A program made the translations under genes and the position numbers. A stretch of DNA of 64,000 bases, from positions 152,979,341-153,043,340 of the forward strand of contig NC_133621.1 in assembly GCF_048593235.1 (NCBI RefSeq), given 5' to 3'. Under the pieces are notes generated by a model, which was not told where the DNA came from, made no database searches, and worked only from the letters and a program-made list of their open reading frames with translations. The DNA is from Sminthopsis crassicaudata. Its lineage: Eukaryota. The stretch's first letter is position 1. Every line of letters begins with the position of its first letter. Below are positions 53,281 through 64,000 of this stretch, piece by piece.

Positions 53281-53589
53281 CTTTGAGGGGGTAGTTGTGA
53301 GAACAAAACAAGTACACAAAATAAATTTACTATAAGGCATACTATATTCAAAGAATTTAAGGTTTGGAAGAAACTTTAGAGGTTATAAACTTCTGCTGTA
53401 AATTATTGATCTCATATTCAACATTTCTAATTCCCAGTATCCAGTAATGGTAAAACTGACTATACTCCTTGATTACAGTCATTGAATTTTTAGATTACTA
53501 TTATAATTATTATTTTATGAAATTTTCTTCTTATATTGCCCTCAGATCTTTTTCTAGGTAACCTTTACACATTTAGAGTCAAATAGAAC

Positions 53590-53870
53590 AAATCAATTTC
53601 CTCCTGCAGATAAGAACTCTATAAATACTTGAAGTTTTCTTATGTTCTAATTAAGACTTCTCTTTTCCAGGATAAACACCTACAGTTTATTAAATCTGTC
53701 CTCATGATGCAGTTCTCAGCTCCATCACAATGCTGGTTGTATTCTCCTTTCTGTGAGAATCTTAGCCACCTATGTTCTTTCCATGTATGCTTTTATATTT
53801 CTCTTGGGTGATGCTGAGTATACTCAGCATATTCAGTATATTCCAGGTTTACAGAGTTGTTGTGGCTATT
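53590..53870 (-). mobile_element. CR1/L3 LINE fragment
   Basis: cttctcttttccaggataaacacctacagttt...tcctcatgatgcagttctcagctccatcacaatgctggttg matches antisense CR1/L3 RT pattern. Confidence 0.65.
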
Positions 53871-54009
53871 TTTTAAACAAACTTTTCTTCCTTTATCTTT
53901 CACTAAATAAATGTCTTTGCTATGTATTTCAAATAAAAGATACTATACTATTACACAATCATAGTAGATAATAATAGCTATCAACTTTATATTGCTTTTG
54001 AGGTTTAAA

Positions 54010-54200
54010 AAACACTGCAAATATTGTTTTATTTTCTAGAGGTAGGTCTTATTATCAGCCCATTAATACAGACAAGGAAACTGAAGTAGAAAAAGTTTAG
54101 GTGATTTGCTCAAGGTCACATAGTTAAGGGTGGCTAAGGTAAAAGTTGAACTTAGAACTTCGTGATTCTAAGTTCAATGCTCTATCCATTGTATTTCCTA
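54010..54200 (-). mobile_element. MIR-family SINE
   Basis: tattatcagcccattaatacagacaaggaaactgaag...ggtgatttgctcaaggtcacatagtta. Confidence 0.8.
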
Positions 54201-54469
54201 CCAGTGCAAAACCTAACACAACTAATTAGAGGCCTGGACCTTAAGCCAGGAAGATGGAAATCTACATTGTAGAAGGAAACTTTCTTGTTGGACATTCCCA
54301 AGAATGAAGAAATATTCACAACTCCAGATTTTTTATGAAAAAGAGAAAGTACTATCTTGAATTCTGGAGGTGATAAAAGACATTAAAGTAGCTACTCTTT
54401 ACTTGCAAAAAAAAAAAAAAAAATTAGCAAGTTCTAGATTTTAAAGATGGATAAGAAAGAAAAGATTAC

Positions 54470-55797
54470 GACTTCCAACCAAGATGGCAGAGAGAACACA
54501 CACATCTATATAAGCTCTTTTTTGCCTTCAGGATACTTTTTTCATGATATGGCCTCGGAATTAGTGCTTGACTGAAAAAACCCACAAATACATTATCAAC
54601 AGAAGATATCCTCAAAATTTGCCAGAAAAGGTCTAGTTTTGCTCGTAGGTGGGGATGGTTAGACCAGGTGCAGACTGCAGGCAGGCATAGAGAGCATAGA
54701 AGGCAGCTCACACTGAACAGACCGGAGGAGGAGGGGGCGTAGTTGTGGGGACAACTTTACCCAGTGTGAACTTCTTTGCCCTGGCAGGAAGCCAGATAAG
54801 CAGAGAAATTACAAACACAGAGGGTAAAGACTTCAATCCTGAAACGCTGGGGTCTCTAAGGATCTGACTACACCCACCCAACACCCAGAGTGACTCAGCA
54901 TGCTCTCATCTCAGAGCGTGGCCTCTGTGCAGCCATTACTGTTCCACTGCTGCCTCCTTTCTGTAGTTTGGAGAGGACGCTTGGTAACACCACCCTGCCC
55001 AAAAAGCAGACCGCATTTGCTTTGTTGTTTGTTGTTCCCCACTACACAAGGATTTCATAGAAGAAATTAAAAAGGCTCTTACAAGAGAGCTAGAAGAAAA
55101 ATAGGGAAAGGAAAGGGAAGCTTGGCAAGAGAGTCTGGATAAGTCATCCCACTCATTTAAAGATAGAGTGGATAAAGAAATCAAATCCCTGAAAAACAGA
55201 ATTAGTGAATTGGAAAAGATTAACAATTCTAAGGAAAACAGAATTAGTGAATTGGAAAAAGAAAATAGCTCTCCATGCGAAAGGGGAAAAAATTCCATAG
55301 AACAAAACAGCTCACTTAAACACTTAATTGGACAATTACAAAAAGAAATTTAAAAAGTAAGTGAAGAAAATAATTCATTGAAAATCAGAATTGAACAAAT
55401 GGAAATGAAAAACTCCAGGAGACACCAAGAATCTTCAACAAAGAGAAGATCCAATTCAGTTCCAATTGATCAATGATAGAATCAGTTACACCTACAGAAG
55501 GACACTGGGGAAAAAAAAAAAAAAGTGGACTACTTGCATTTTTGTTTTCCTTCCCAGGCTATTTTTACCTTCTGAATCCATTTTTTCTTGTACAACAAGA
55601 TCTGCATATATGGATCTGCACCCACATATTGTAAATAAGATATACTTTAACATGTTTAAGATATATGAAACTGCCTGCCATCTAGGGGAGGGGATGGAAG
55701 GAGGGAAGGGAAAAGTTGGAACAGAAGTGAGTGCAAGGGATGATGTTGTAAAAATTACCCATGCATATGTTCTGTCAATAAAAAGCTATAATAAAAA
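54470..55797 (+). mobile_element. Internally deleted L1 derivative: 5'UTR, ORF1 coiled-coil fragment, 3'UTR, A tail
   Basis: Start gacttccaaccaagatggcag (YY1-like); heptads KNRISELEKINNS/ENRISELEKENSS; 3'UTR ctgcctgccatctaggggagggg...aataaaaagctataataaaaaa; probable 13-bp TSD (10/13 identical). Confidence 0.9.
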
Positions 55798-56329
55798 AAG
55801 AAAATATGCCCCTTTAGAAATTATAACTTACATTTATATAGTGCTTAAGGTGTAGTGAACATTTTGTTTGTTGTATTATTAGGATGCCCCCAAATTCTTA
55901 GGAGGTAGATGATTTACTCTTTCTATTTCAGATGATGAAACTCACTCTTAATGGAGTGAAATAACTTGTATTGTGATTGGTGATGCTGAAACTCAAATCC
56001 AAGGCTTTTGACTTGATGATCAATATTCTTACTACTGTACCCCATGGCTTTAATTGCAAAAAGGACAATCAAGTCCTCTCTCTTTACCCTCTCCCTCCTA
56101 TATTCTTTGTGATTCCTTGGATGAGACAGTTAGTTTCAAAAAGTTCTTGTTTGAATGTCACTATTACATCTGACAAGGGATACATGTGGAAATGGCAACA
56201 AGAGTTCCCAAAAGGGTTGGGAAACTGACTTTCTGGCTAGTATTTTCTCTACAGCTAGATGAGTTAGTTTCGGCATTTGAAAAACAAAACTTGTAAATAA
56301 TTTCTGGGGCAACAGAATAATCTCTCATC

Positions 56330-56490
56330 TATAAAGCTTTATACTTTAAAAAATATACTTCTACATCTGTTTTATTGTTTGAGCCTCACAACAACCCAAG
56401 AAGACTAGAAGAGGAGGAATTATTGTCATCATTTCAGAGGAAACAACTAAAGCAAAAATGGTAGAGGTGACATTCAAGGTCACAATTTTT
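56330..56490 (-). mobile_element. MIR fragment
   Basis: tttgagcctcacaacaaccc...aattattgtcatcatttcagaggaaacaactaaagc. Confidence 0.65.
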
Positions 56491-57214
56491 TTTTGATAAA
56501 ATGGAAATGAAAAATCCAATCTTTATCTATAAAGAGGGCATTTATTTAATTTTTTTAATGAAATAAATGCTTTATTGATTTTTTTTTTTTTTTTTTTTAA
56601 GGAGTTCATTTCTCCAAACTATAGGTAGCAACCATGGAAAGGTCAGTAAAGTCTGCATAATCCTTTGTCCTACCAGGAGGCAAAGAATGTGTTCCTCAAA
56701 AAATAAACCAACTCAAATGCAATTTACATTTATAATAATAAGCAATATGTAATATGCAAACAGACAAAAATGATTCATGGGGCCATTTTCTCAATAGTGC
56801 CCTGCACATAATAACTGTATTTTAAGCACTCAACCCAAAATGATAAAGCATAGCCACAGTCCTCATAAGAGATGTTCTGTTAGTATCAATTCTAAATCTC
56901 TCAGGGAATTTCAATGGCTCAGTCAGTCCTACAAAAATTTCAGCAGCTTGGGAGCTAAAGTATCTTAGTACTAACTAATTAGCTATGCAACTTTTGGGTA
57001 AGTTACATCTCCTCTCTGGATCCACACAATCTAGAAAATAAATTAGTTCAATTTCTTAATTAAAAAAAAAAATAAGAAGAAAGAAAAGATTAGCCCAGAT
57101 GAAGGAAAAAGCAGAAAAGTTCAGAAGTAGAAAAATATGAGATAGGTTCAAAAAACAAATAGTTGTTCAGTTTCACTAGCACATAGGGGAATGATGAGAA
57201 GTAAAGTTGCATAC

Positions 57215-57470
57215 TTGTCTAGGAATTTATTGTCATTGAGTCATTTTAATCATGTCTGACTTTTCCTAACCCCATTTGGGGTTTTCTCAGAGAAAACAGT
57301 GGAGCAGTTTAACATTTCCTTCTCCAATTCATTTTTATAGATGTAGAAATTGAGGCAAAAAGCATTGAGTAATTTGCCCATGACCATACAGCTAGTTAAT
57401 GTTTGAAGGCAGATGTGAATTCAGGTCCTCCTCATTCCAGAATTAGAATCCTATCCGTATGCCACTACAT
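57215..57470 (-). mobile_element. MAR1 SINE
   Basis: catgtctgacttttcctaaccccatttggggttttctc...ttccttctccaattcatttttatagatgtagaaattgaggcaaa. Confidence 0.85.
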
Positions 57471-57530
57471 GGGAAAAAAAACAAAAAACAAAAAACAAAC
57501 TAATACCAGGCTAAAGAATTAAGACTTCAT

Positions 57531-57678
57531 GAGGCAGCTAATTGGTGTAGTAGAGCACCATTCCTGAAGTCAGGAGAACCTGAGTTCAAATTTGAACTCG
57601 GACATTTAACACTTCTTGGCTGTGTGACCCTGGGCAAGTCACTTAACCCCAATTGCCTCAGGAAAAAAAAGAAAAAAG
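57531..57678 (+). mobile_element. WSINE1-like SINE, full length
   Basis: gaggcagcta...gagcaccattcctgaagtcaggagaacctgagttcaaat...ttaacacttcttggctgtgtgaccctgggcaagtcacttaaccccaattgcctcaggaaaaaaaa. Confidence 0.9.
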
Positions 57679-57739
57679 ATTTCATTTAACCAGCACATTA
57701 GTCAACAAGTTAGTACTTGGATGTTTCTTAGAAAGTAAG

Positions 57740-58200
57740 GATGGGATAGTTCTTTTGAAAAATTAATATAGCACTAATGCTTAGACTATCTTATAGGGAA
57801 ATGATTTGAGTATAATCAAGAAACTACTTCAATAATCCAAGTAAGGCATAATGCTATCTCAAACCAATGACACTGGAAAAGACAAAGGAGAGGATAGAAG
57901 TAGAGATAAAAGTTCATGGTAGAGGATTTGACACCTGTTTTTGATGTGGAATGAAGAAGCAAAAATAATGACACGATTATGATTCTGAGCTACTTTACAA
58001 TTTATTAATTGTGCTATTTTTAGGAAAATAGGAAAATCAGTAGGGAGAAACTGGATTACAGAAGAGAATAATAGGTTTCTGACTTGGTGAATTTCAAGTG
58101 CTATCAAATCATTCAGGTTGAAATGTTCAGTAGATAATCAGAAATCCAAGATCAGACTTTGGAATGGAAATTAGGCAAAACTGGGGAGTCTTCATCATTA
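57740..58200 (-). mobile_element. L2 fragment
   Basis: ggtagaggatttgacacctgtttttgatgtggaatgaagaag...tttcaagtgctatc...caggttgaaatgttcagtagata. Confidence 0.65.
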
Positions 58201-58574
58201 TATTTGTGGCACATATATATTAGCTTTGTAATAATCCTTGAATGTTTACAGAATGCTCTCTTTAAAACAATCAATGGGGTGTGTACTCTCAATCTCCATG
58301 TCCAGCTAATATTAGGAGGAAATTGACACTCAGATTAAGTGGTGAAACCTAAGGCTAGGAAGTTTTGGCACTGGGATCTGAAGCTTACTATTCTGTATCT
58401 TAATGTAATCAGTACAGTTCTCAATAAAACTATTTGTAAGTCAAATCAGGTCAAGTCAACTTTCTAAACAAAGAAGTTTTGAAAAAAAAAAAAACATATC
58501 CAAGAGGAGAAATTAAATATTCCACTTATAGTTTAATGCTTTTGGTGCAAACTTCAATTCCAATAATATTGATG

Positions 58575-58720
58575 CAGTGGGAATTGTCCTGGTCACTGAT
58601 TTGCTCCTTATTAGTGCATTTGCCTGTCTCAGGTATCTTACCTATAATTAATAAGGGAATAATGATTCCTGATACCTATGGTATTTACTTCATAATAAAG
58701 CTATGAGTTTCAAATGAAAG
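58575..58720 (+). mobile_element. MIR fragment
   Basis: tttgcctgtctcaggtatcttacctataattaataagggaataatgattcctgatacc. Confidence 0.5.
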
Positions 58721-59805
58721 AATGCATATGTATTGCTAGGGTATATGGGTCTGACTATATTATTTTCCCATGAAGGTAAAAAAAAATTATCTTACCCAGA
58801 AAATGAAAAGTTGATGACAAATCATTTAAATGCATGCTGTAATTTCCAAATAAAGTTCACATCTTTAACAAGTGTCTGAAAAAAAGTGATTTAAAAAAAA
58901 TCAACTTCTGTGTCAAAATGAAAATTAAGAGGGAAGTTCTTCAAAAATCTTAGTTTCAACACCTACAAGCTGAAGATCATTCATTGCAAACAATCTTGTG
59001 CCACCATCATGATATATGCCCCAGAAATGATGGCTTGTGACTGGCACATCAGCAGCTTCTGCAGGCAAAAATGGATCAGAGAGCCAGCATGACCTTTCAT
59101 CAAATGAACTACAGCCAGGTCCAAATCACAAACAAAAATGATCTAGAAATCATTTTGGAACTCTTCAAATATTCTAATTAAAGCTATTAAAGGTCACAAA
59201 CCTGGGGATTTCAGCCTTTTTCAAGAAATCAGCTATAATTTAGCATCGTTGAATTTAATCCCCTTTCCAATTTAAAAGTGAAAAAGCTAATTACAGCAAC
59301 CAAGACTTGGTCTTTTTTTCGTTTGATACTCAGGAAAAGCCTAACATTTTGGTCTGAAAGGAAAGCTGAAGACTCTCATTTTGCAACTTAGGTTTTTCAC
59401 TTTCATGACATAAGATAAATTTCTTTTACACGACAGACATCTTGCGAACTTTAAGATAAAGTCCATTTTCTCTATGTTGAATTATTTTTTTATAGTGTCA
59501 GGAATGATTTTTTGATTCTTGTGTGCTGAAATCTTTAAACACAGATTTCTATATACTTTTCTTCTGACAACATGGTTTCTACTAATGAAATTTTAGCATG
59601 AAATAAGCATCATTTTTGTTGTATTTAGTCAGAACAAATGATTTAATCATTTTGGGGATTAAGATATTCCCCAGTTAGAAAGCACCCTCTAGTGTTGCAG
59701 AAGCACCTTATATTTATAGCCAAATTTCTTAGGCTTGTGGGGGAAAAGGGAGCACTAAAAAGAATTAATAACCTGCCCAACATTATATAGTGATGAGGTC
59801 TTTAT

Positions 59806-60327
59806 TGTTAGGTATGGTTAGCAGAAGATTTGATCCCTGAAGCAAGGAGATAGAAGTCTTTGATAGAGATCAGTTTAGCTCCATGGTCCTATCCTCTATA
59901 AAGATCTTAAGCAGTCTCTCCTTGCCTTATCCTGTCATGAATCCCAGCTATGTCCCTGAGGCTAAATTTTCCCTATAAAATCCACTCATGGGCAGCATAA
60001 CTGCTGCCTTCTTTTGGGTCAGTTGGCCAGGGCACTCTTTTCCCTTCTTCCATGGTATGTGGTATATCTTCTAACTCCACTCTGCTTCCCAACCCCACTT
60101 CTCTTTCTTATAGCTACCTAACTCTTTTGGGATACTATGTCCCTTTTAGTAAAACCCCTCTCCCAATTCTATTTCTTATTTACCATTCCCAGTGTCTATT
60201 GTATCCCTAACCTATTCTCCTAAATTAATCTACCTTTTGCCAAAGAGAATGGCTGTTGTGAATTCATCATATGACCAAACACAATTTTTAGTGCTAAACC
60301 CCATATACTAGGTCACATCATACAACA
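59806..60327 (+). mobile_element. Solo ERV LTR, about 520 bp, inserted in an antisense MIR
   Basis: tgttaggtatgg...catcatacaaca; TATAAAA at 59974; U5-like taccttttgccaaagagaatggctgttgtgaattc; MIR-like sequence on both flanks. Confidence 0.75.
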
Positions 60328-61044
60328 TGGATCAGAAGCAGAATTCAAATTCATACCATTCTAATTCTGAGGTCAAGCCATTTCTGTTGTGCTATGCTAT
60401 CTGGGTATTACTGGCTTCCTATTTTGATTAAGAAAAGACTTGCACATTCCTCCCTCCCCCTCAGAAACTTTGATTTTTACCTTTATGATCAGTGACATGT
60501 ACATTGATTTTGATGCTTGGTGTTGAGCCAAACAATTCATTTATTCAGATTTGGGAACTAACAGACTTTACAATTATTCATTTCCTTTTAGGAAATTCTA
60601 AAAATTCTAAAAATAAATATGTTCAATCAGATGCTATTGAAAATATGAAAGAAAAACATTGAGCAATATGAATTATTCTAATTTTTGAAAGGTATTTTCA
60701 TGGTTTTTGCATTATTCTTTTTGCCTAGATTTGCATTTTCATCCCATTTCAGGGACTCACAGTAAGAAGCTCCCCATACCAATGTAGAACTTTTTGGAAC
60801 TTCTTGTCTTAAGAGAGTAGACTAGGGAACTGGAGATTCAGTGATTTGTCCAAGCTCTCCCAGCCTATAGAAGTTCAGTAGCAAAAACTGAACTCAATCC
60901 TTTTCACTTCAAAATCTGTTTTCTAATCACTATGCTATCCTTCTTGTGTTCATGAAACCAAACTAAAAAACAGGATATCTCCGATATTTTAGAGGGCATG
61001 CTAACTCAACAAAAGATTAAAGGGAAATTATTATTAAAGAAAAT

Positions 61045-61298
61045 CATGGGTTAGATGGCAAAATGGATAAAACACTGGCCCTGGAGTCAGAAAATCTGAG
61101 TTCAAATCTGGCCTCAGATACTTAGTAGCTGTGTGATGTTGGGAAAGTCACTTAATACTGTTTGCCTCAGTTTCCTAATCTGCAAAATGAGCTACAGAAG
61201 GACAATATCAAATCACTATTATCTCTGCTAAGAAAACCCCAAATGGCATCAAGAAGACTCAATCACAACTGAAATAACTTAACCTTCACAACAAGAAT
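61045..61298 (+). mobile_element. MAR1 SINE
   Basis: ggccctggagtcagaaaatctgagttcaaatctggcctcagatacttagtagctgtgtga...aagaaaaccccaaatggcatcaagaagactc. Confidence 0.9.
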
Positions 61299-61644
61299 CA
61301 TAGGATGTAAGGGCTCAGGTGGATAGTCAATGAAGTAAGTACTCAGGTGATTATTTCATCAGTGGTCTTATATTCACTCCAAGATTCTTCTGTTAAATGT
61401 TACTTAAGGATAATTTTTTCAGTCTTCACTTTTTTTTTTTTTAAACAACTGAAACTGTTACCCATTCTCTCCCTTTCTTTCTCTTCTTTCTGGACACTAT
61501 AATAGCTGCTTACTTTTGCTGCATTATAATAGCTGACCAGTCTAATTCAGCTTTCTTCCTACTTTCATTTGGATAATCATAGCTAAATTCATCTCTTTAT
61601 TCTCACTCTTCAATTACAAGCAATTCCATTCCATAAATGTGGAA

Positions 61645-61900
61645 ATAAAGTACTAGATGAGGAGTCTAAACCAATCAGAGGTCTTTCGACCCGAAGGTTA
61701 GCATTTTATCAGCTACACATTGATTAGGATCTGAATTGGCCACTAATTAGAACTGTGATCCTGGACAAAGCACTTCACCTCAAAGGTCCTTGCCTTTCAC
61801 TTCTTTAAAATGTAATTGGATGGGGTACATGGGACACAGGGTGAGAGAGAGATGACTAGGTGCTCTCCAAGCTCTCTTACAATTCACATTTTATAGGTCC
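61645..61900 (+). mobile_element. MIR with an approximately 60-bp foreign segment
   Basis: agtactagatgaggagtc...ggccactaattagaactgtgatcctggacaaagcacttcacctc...tttaaaatg. Confidence 0.6.
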
Positions 61901-62979
61901 ATATTATCTGTTTCTATCAAAATATGACACTTTGTATCTAATTACATTTTCTATAACTTTTGCAAGAATTGATTAATAATGTTCAAATATGTTAATAATA
62001 CATAGTCAAAGTTTGACTTCCTGTCATAAAAGAAAACTAAGCTGAATTTAAATTGGTATTTTTTAATAAAATTTTTAAAGATTTTAAGAAAATTGAGATT
62101 TGTAAAGATTTTAGAACTATCATGACAATTCACACTATGACGTGTTTCTGTAAACTCTTTCATTCAATTAAAAATACAAAGAGAACATATTCCCCCATAT
62201 TAGTAAAAAAATATTTTAATCTCTAAATAAATTCTATGTGATCTTGATGTGTCTTAGAAATATAAACTAAACCTATCATTTTCTTGGTATAGGAAATTCT
62301 CAGATGAGGATATGCCTTATAAAAATTCAGGTCAGTGCCTTTTCAAATTCTAGACTTAGAGAATAACCTAGAGCATTGAGAGGTCAAGTGATTAGAGAAA
62401 AAATAGTATAAAAATATATTAAGACAAAAAATATTCAGCTTTCCCCCCCACACACACACAAACTCTCTCTCTCACTCTTTATACTCTATGAATGAATTCT
62501 TTACTACTTTAAAATAAAATGTGATCTCTAAAACAATTCTATATGATTTCAGTATATCTTAAGAGGGATGGGGACTGGACTTAGTATTTGCTAGAACAAG
62601 GAATCCCTAAGTAAGGAAATTACTGTAAGTCATCTTTCTCTTTCTCTTTCTCTTTCTTTTTCTTTTCTTTTTTCAACTTTCTCTTAAGAGAATGGCCTAG
62701 AGTAGAAGTGTGCATTGCAACGCTTATGGGCCTCCCAAGTGTGGTATGAAATGTAATTGGGAAATACTTAACAAAATAAATAAAAGTACAATTGAATATA
62801 AAAAGTATTACATTTTAAAATTAAACCAGTATGTGCAGGCAGGGATCCTTATATAAGGATTAGTGCTCTCCTTTCTTATTTGAATTTGTCACCTTTGGCC
62901 TAAAGCATTCAAGAATTTTAAATGACTTATCTAGTTTCACAAAACCAATAAATATCAAAGATATGACTTGAAATTAGGT

Positions 62980-63230
62980 ATAGTTAGATGGCTCAGTTCT
63001 TAGAGTGCTGGGTCCGGAGTTCGGAAGACTTGTAGCCCAAGTTCAAATTGAGCTTCAGACATTTACAATTATAGATTCCTTGTCAAATCATTAACCCTGT
63101 TTGCCTCAGTTTCTTCATCTGGAAAATGAGCTGGAGAAAGAAATGTCAAACCACTCCAGTATCTTTACCAAGAAAACCCCAGATGGGGTCATAAAAAAGT
63201 AGGACACTAATGAAATGACTGAACAAAAAT
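62980..63230 (+). mobile_element. MAR1 SINE
   Basis: tagttagatggctcagt...ctgtttgcctcagtttcttcatctggaaaatgagctggagaaagaaatgtcaaaccactccagtatctttaccaagaaaaccccagatggggtca. Confidence 0.9.
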
Positions 63231-63514
63231 TGAAAAACAGGCTTTCTTAGCTTTGAGACCATTTCTCTAATCACCTTACCACATTGTTTTTTTTTAATAA
63301 TGTCTTAAAGAACTGGGCCATAATTCTGAAAATATGTTTTGTCAGGAATTTGCATTTCAATTGAAAGAGAATAACTAGATGTATTAATTATTACTGTTAT
63401 TACTTGATTAAAATTCTGATCTGGAAAAAAGGATCATTTATAATAATGCTAAGTAAAATTTGTAGCTAATGAGTGTGTTTTGAATTTGTCACCTCTGAAC
63501 ATATCATTACATAA

Positions 63515-63620
63515 TCATTATGATTATTATATTATATATAATAATATATTAATTAAAATATTAATATTAATATTATATATAATATATAATACATATATAT
63601 TATATTATTATAATTTTAAT
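63515..63620. repeat. AT-rich low-complexity tract
   Basis: Direct reading. Confidence 0.85.
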
Positions 63621-64000
63621 CTCCTGTTTTAATCCCAGAAACTAAGATATTTAAATATAACTAATTAAAAAATAACAAAGCTGTGTTCTTTAAGGATTTA
63701 GAAAAAGTATATCATATACTGATGTATGTAGATTAATTTCTGGGTTCAAAGAAAAGAAATTATATGAAATAGAAAGTGCATCATCTGATATATCCCACAA
63801 GGATCAGTACTCAAATTTTATGTACCACTCAGGGGAAATTAGACTTAATTAGGTATGAGGATAGGCATCTTGCTCCCAAGAAAGAAGAAGTTGGCAACTT
63901 TTCAATCAATGTTTTTCATAGCAATTTGGTAGAAACAGCAATTTTCATTGCAATGGATTGGACATTCCATAACAGAGATGTTATTTTCGTGAAAATTATA

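Noticed and set aside
61681-61715. Hammerhead-ribozyme-like CUGAUAA...CGAAA on the minus strand
   Set aside because: The core has CUGAUAA rather than CUGANGA, stem II does not close, and I found no stems I or III.
1258-62163. The short ORFs of the six-frame track as genes
   Set aside because: They are 60-130 aa, low-complexity or repeat-derived, with no recognisable domains other than L1 remnants; this is expected by chance in AT-rich DNA.
1-64000. CRISPR arrays, tRNA/rRNA genes, NUMT, ERV internal genes
   Set aside because: None seen. The tRNA-like motifs are SINE heads, and I saw no PBS/gag/pol sequence next to the LTRs.

Overview
AT-rich, CpG-depleted mammalian non-coding DNA, either a large intron or intergenic. 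The repeats point to an Australian marsupial, most likely a dasyurid (Tasmanian devil/dunnart/antechinus type): WSINE1-like, MAR1 and WALLSI4-like SINEs, MIR/CORE-SINEs, L2, CR1/L3, marsupial-type L1 ends, three solo ERV LTRs, and hAT and mariner MITEs. I recognise no complete protein-coding gene, RNA gene or CRISPR array. ORF-track hits are chance ORFs or L1 remnants (ORF2 RT at 44124-44510, ORF1 coiled coil at 55168-55353). The most interesting observations are: (i) a 1.33-kb L1 derivative keeping both ends and a probable TSD but missing most of ORF1 and all of ORF2; (ii) a 92-bp hairpin with perfect 20-bp arms; (iii) several frame-preserving micro-exon candidates whose host gene I cannot name and which lie on both strands, so some are probably false; (iv) nested insertions with readable TSDs. 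Repeat family names come from my recall of consensus sequences, and most repeat boundaries are approximate (about +/-20 bp).
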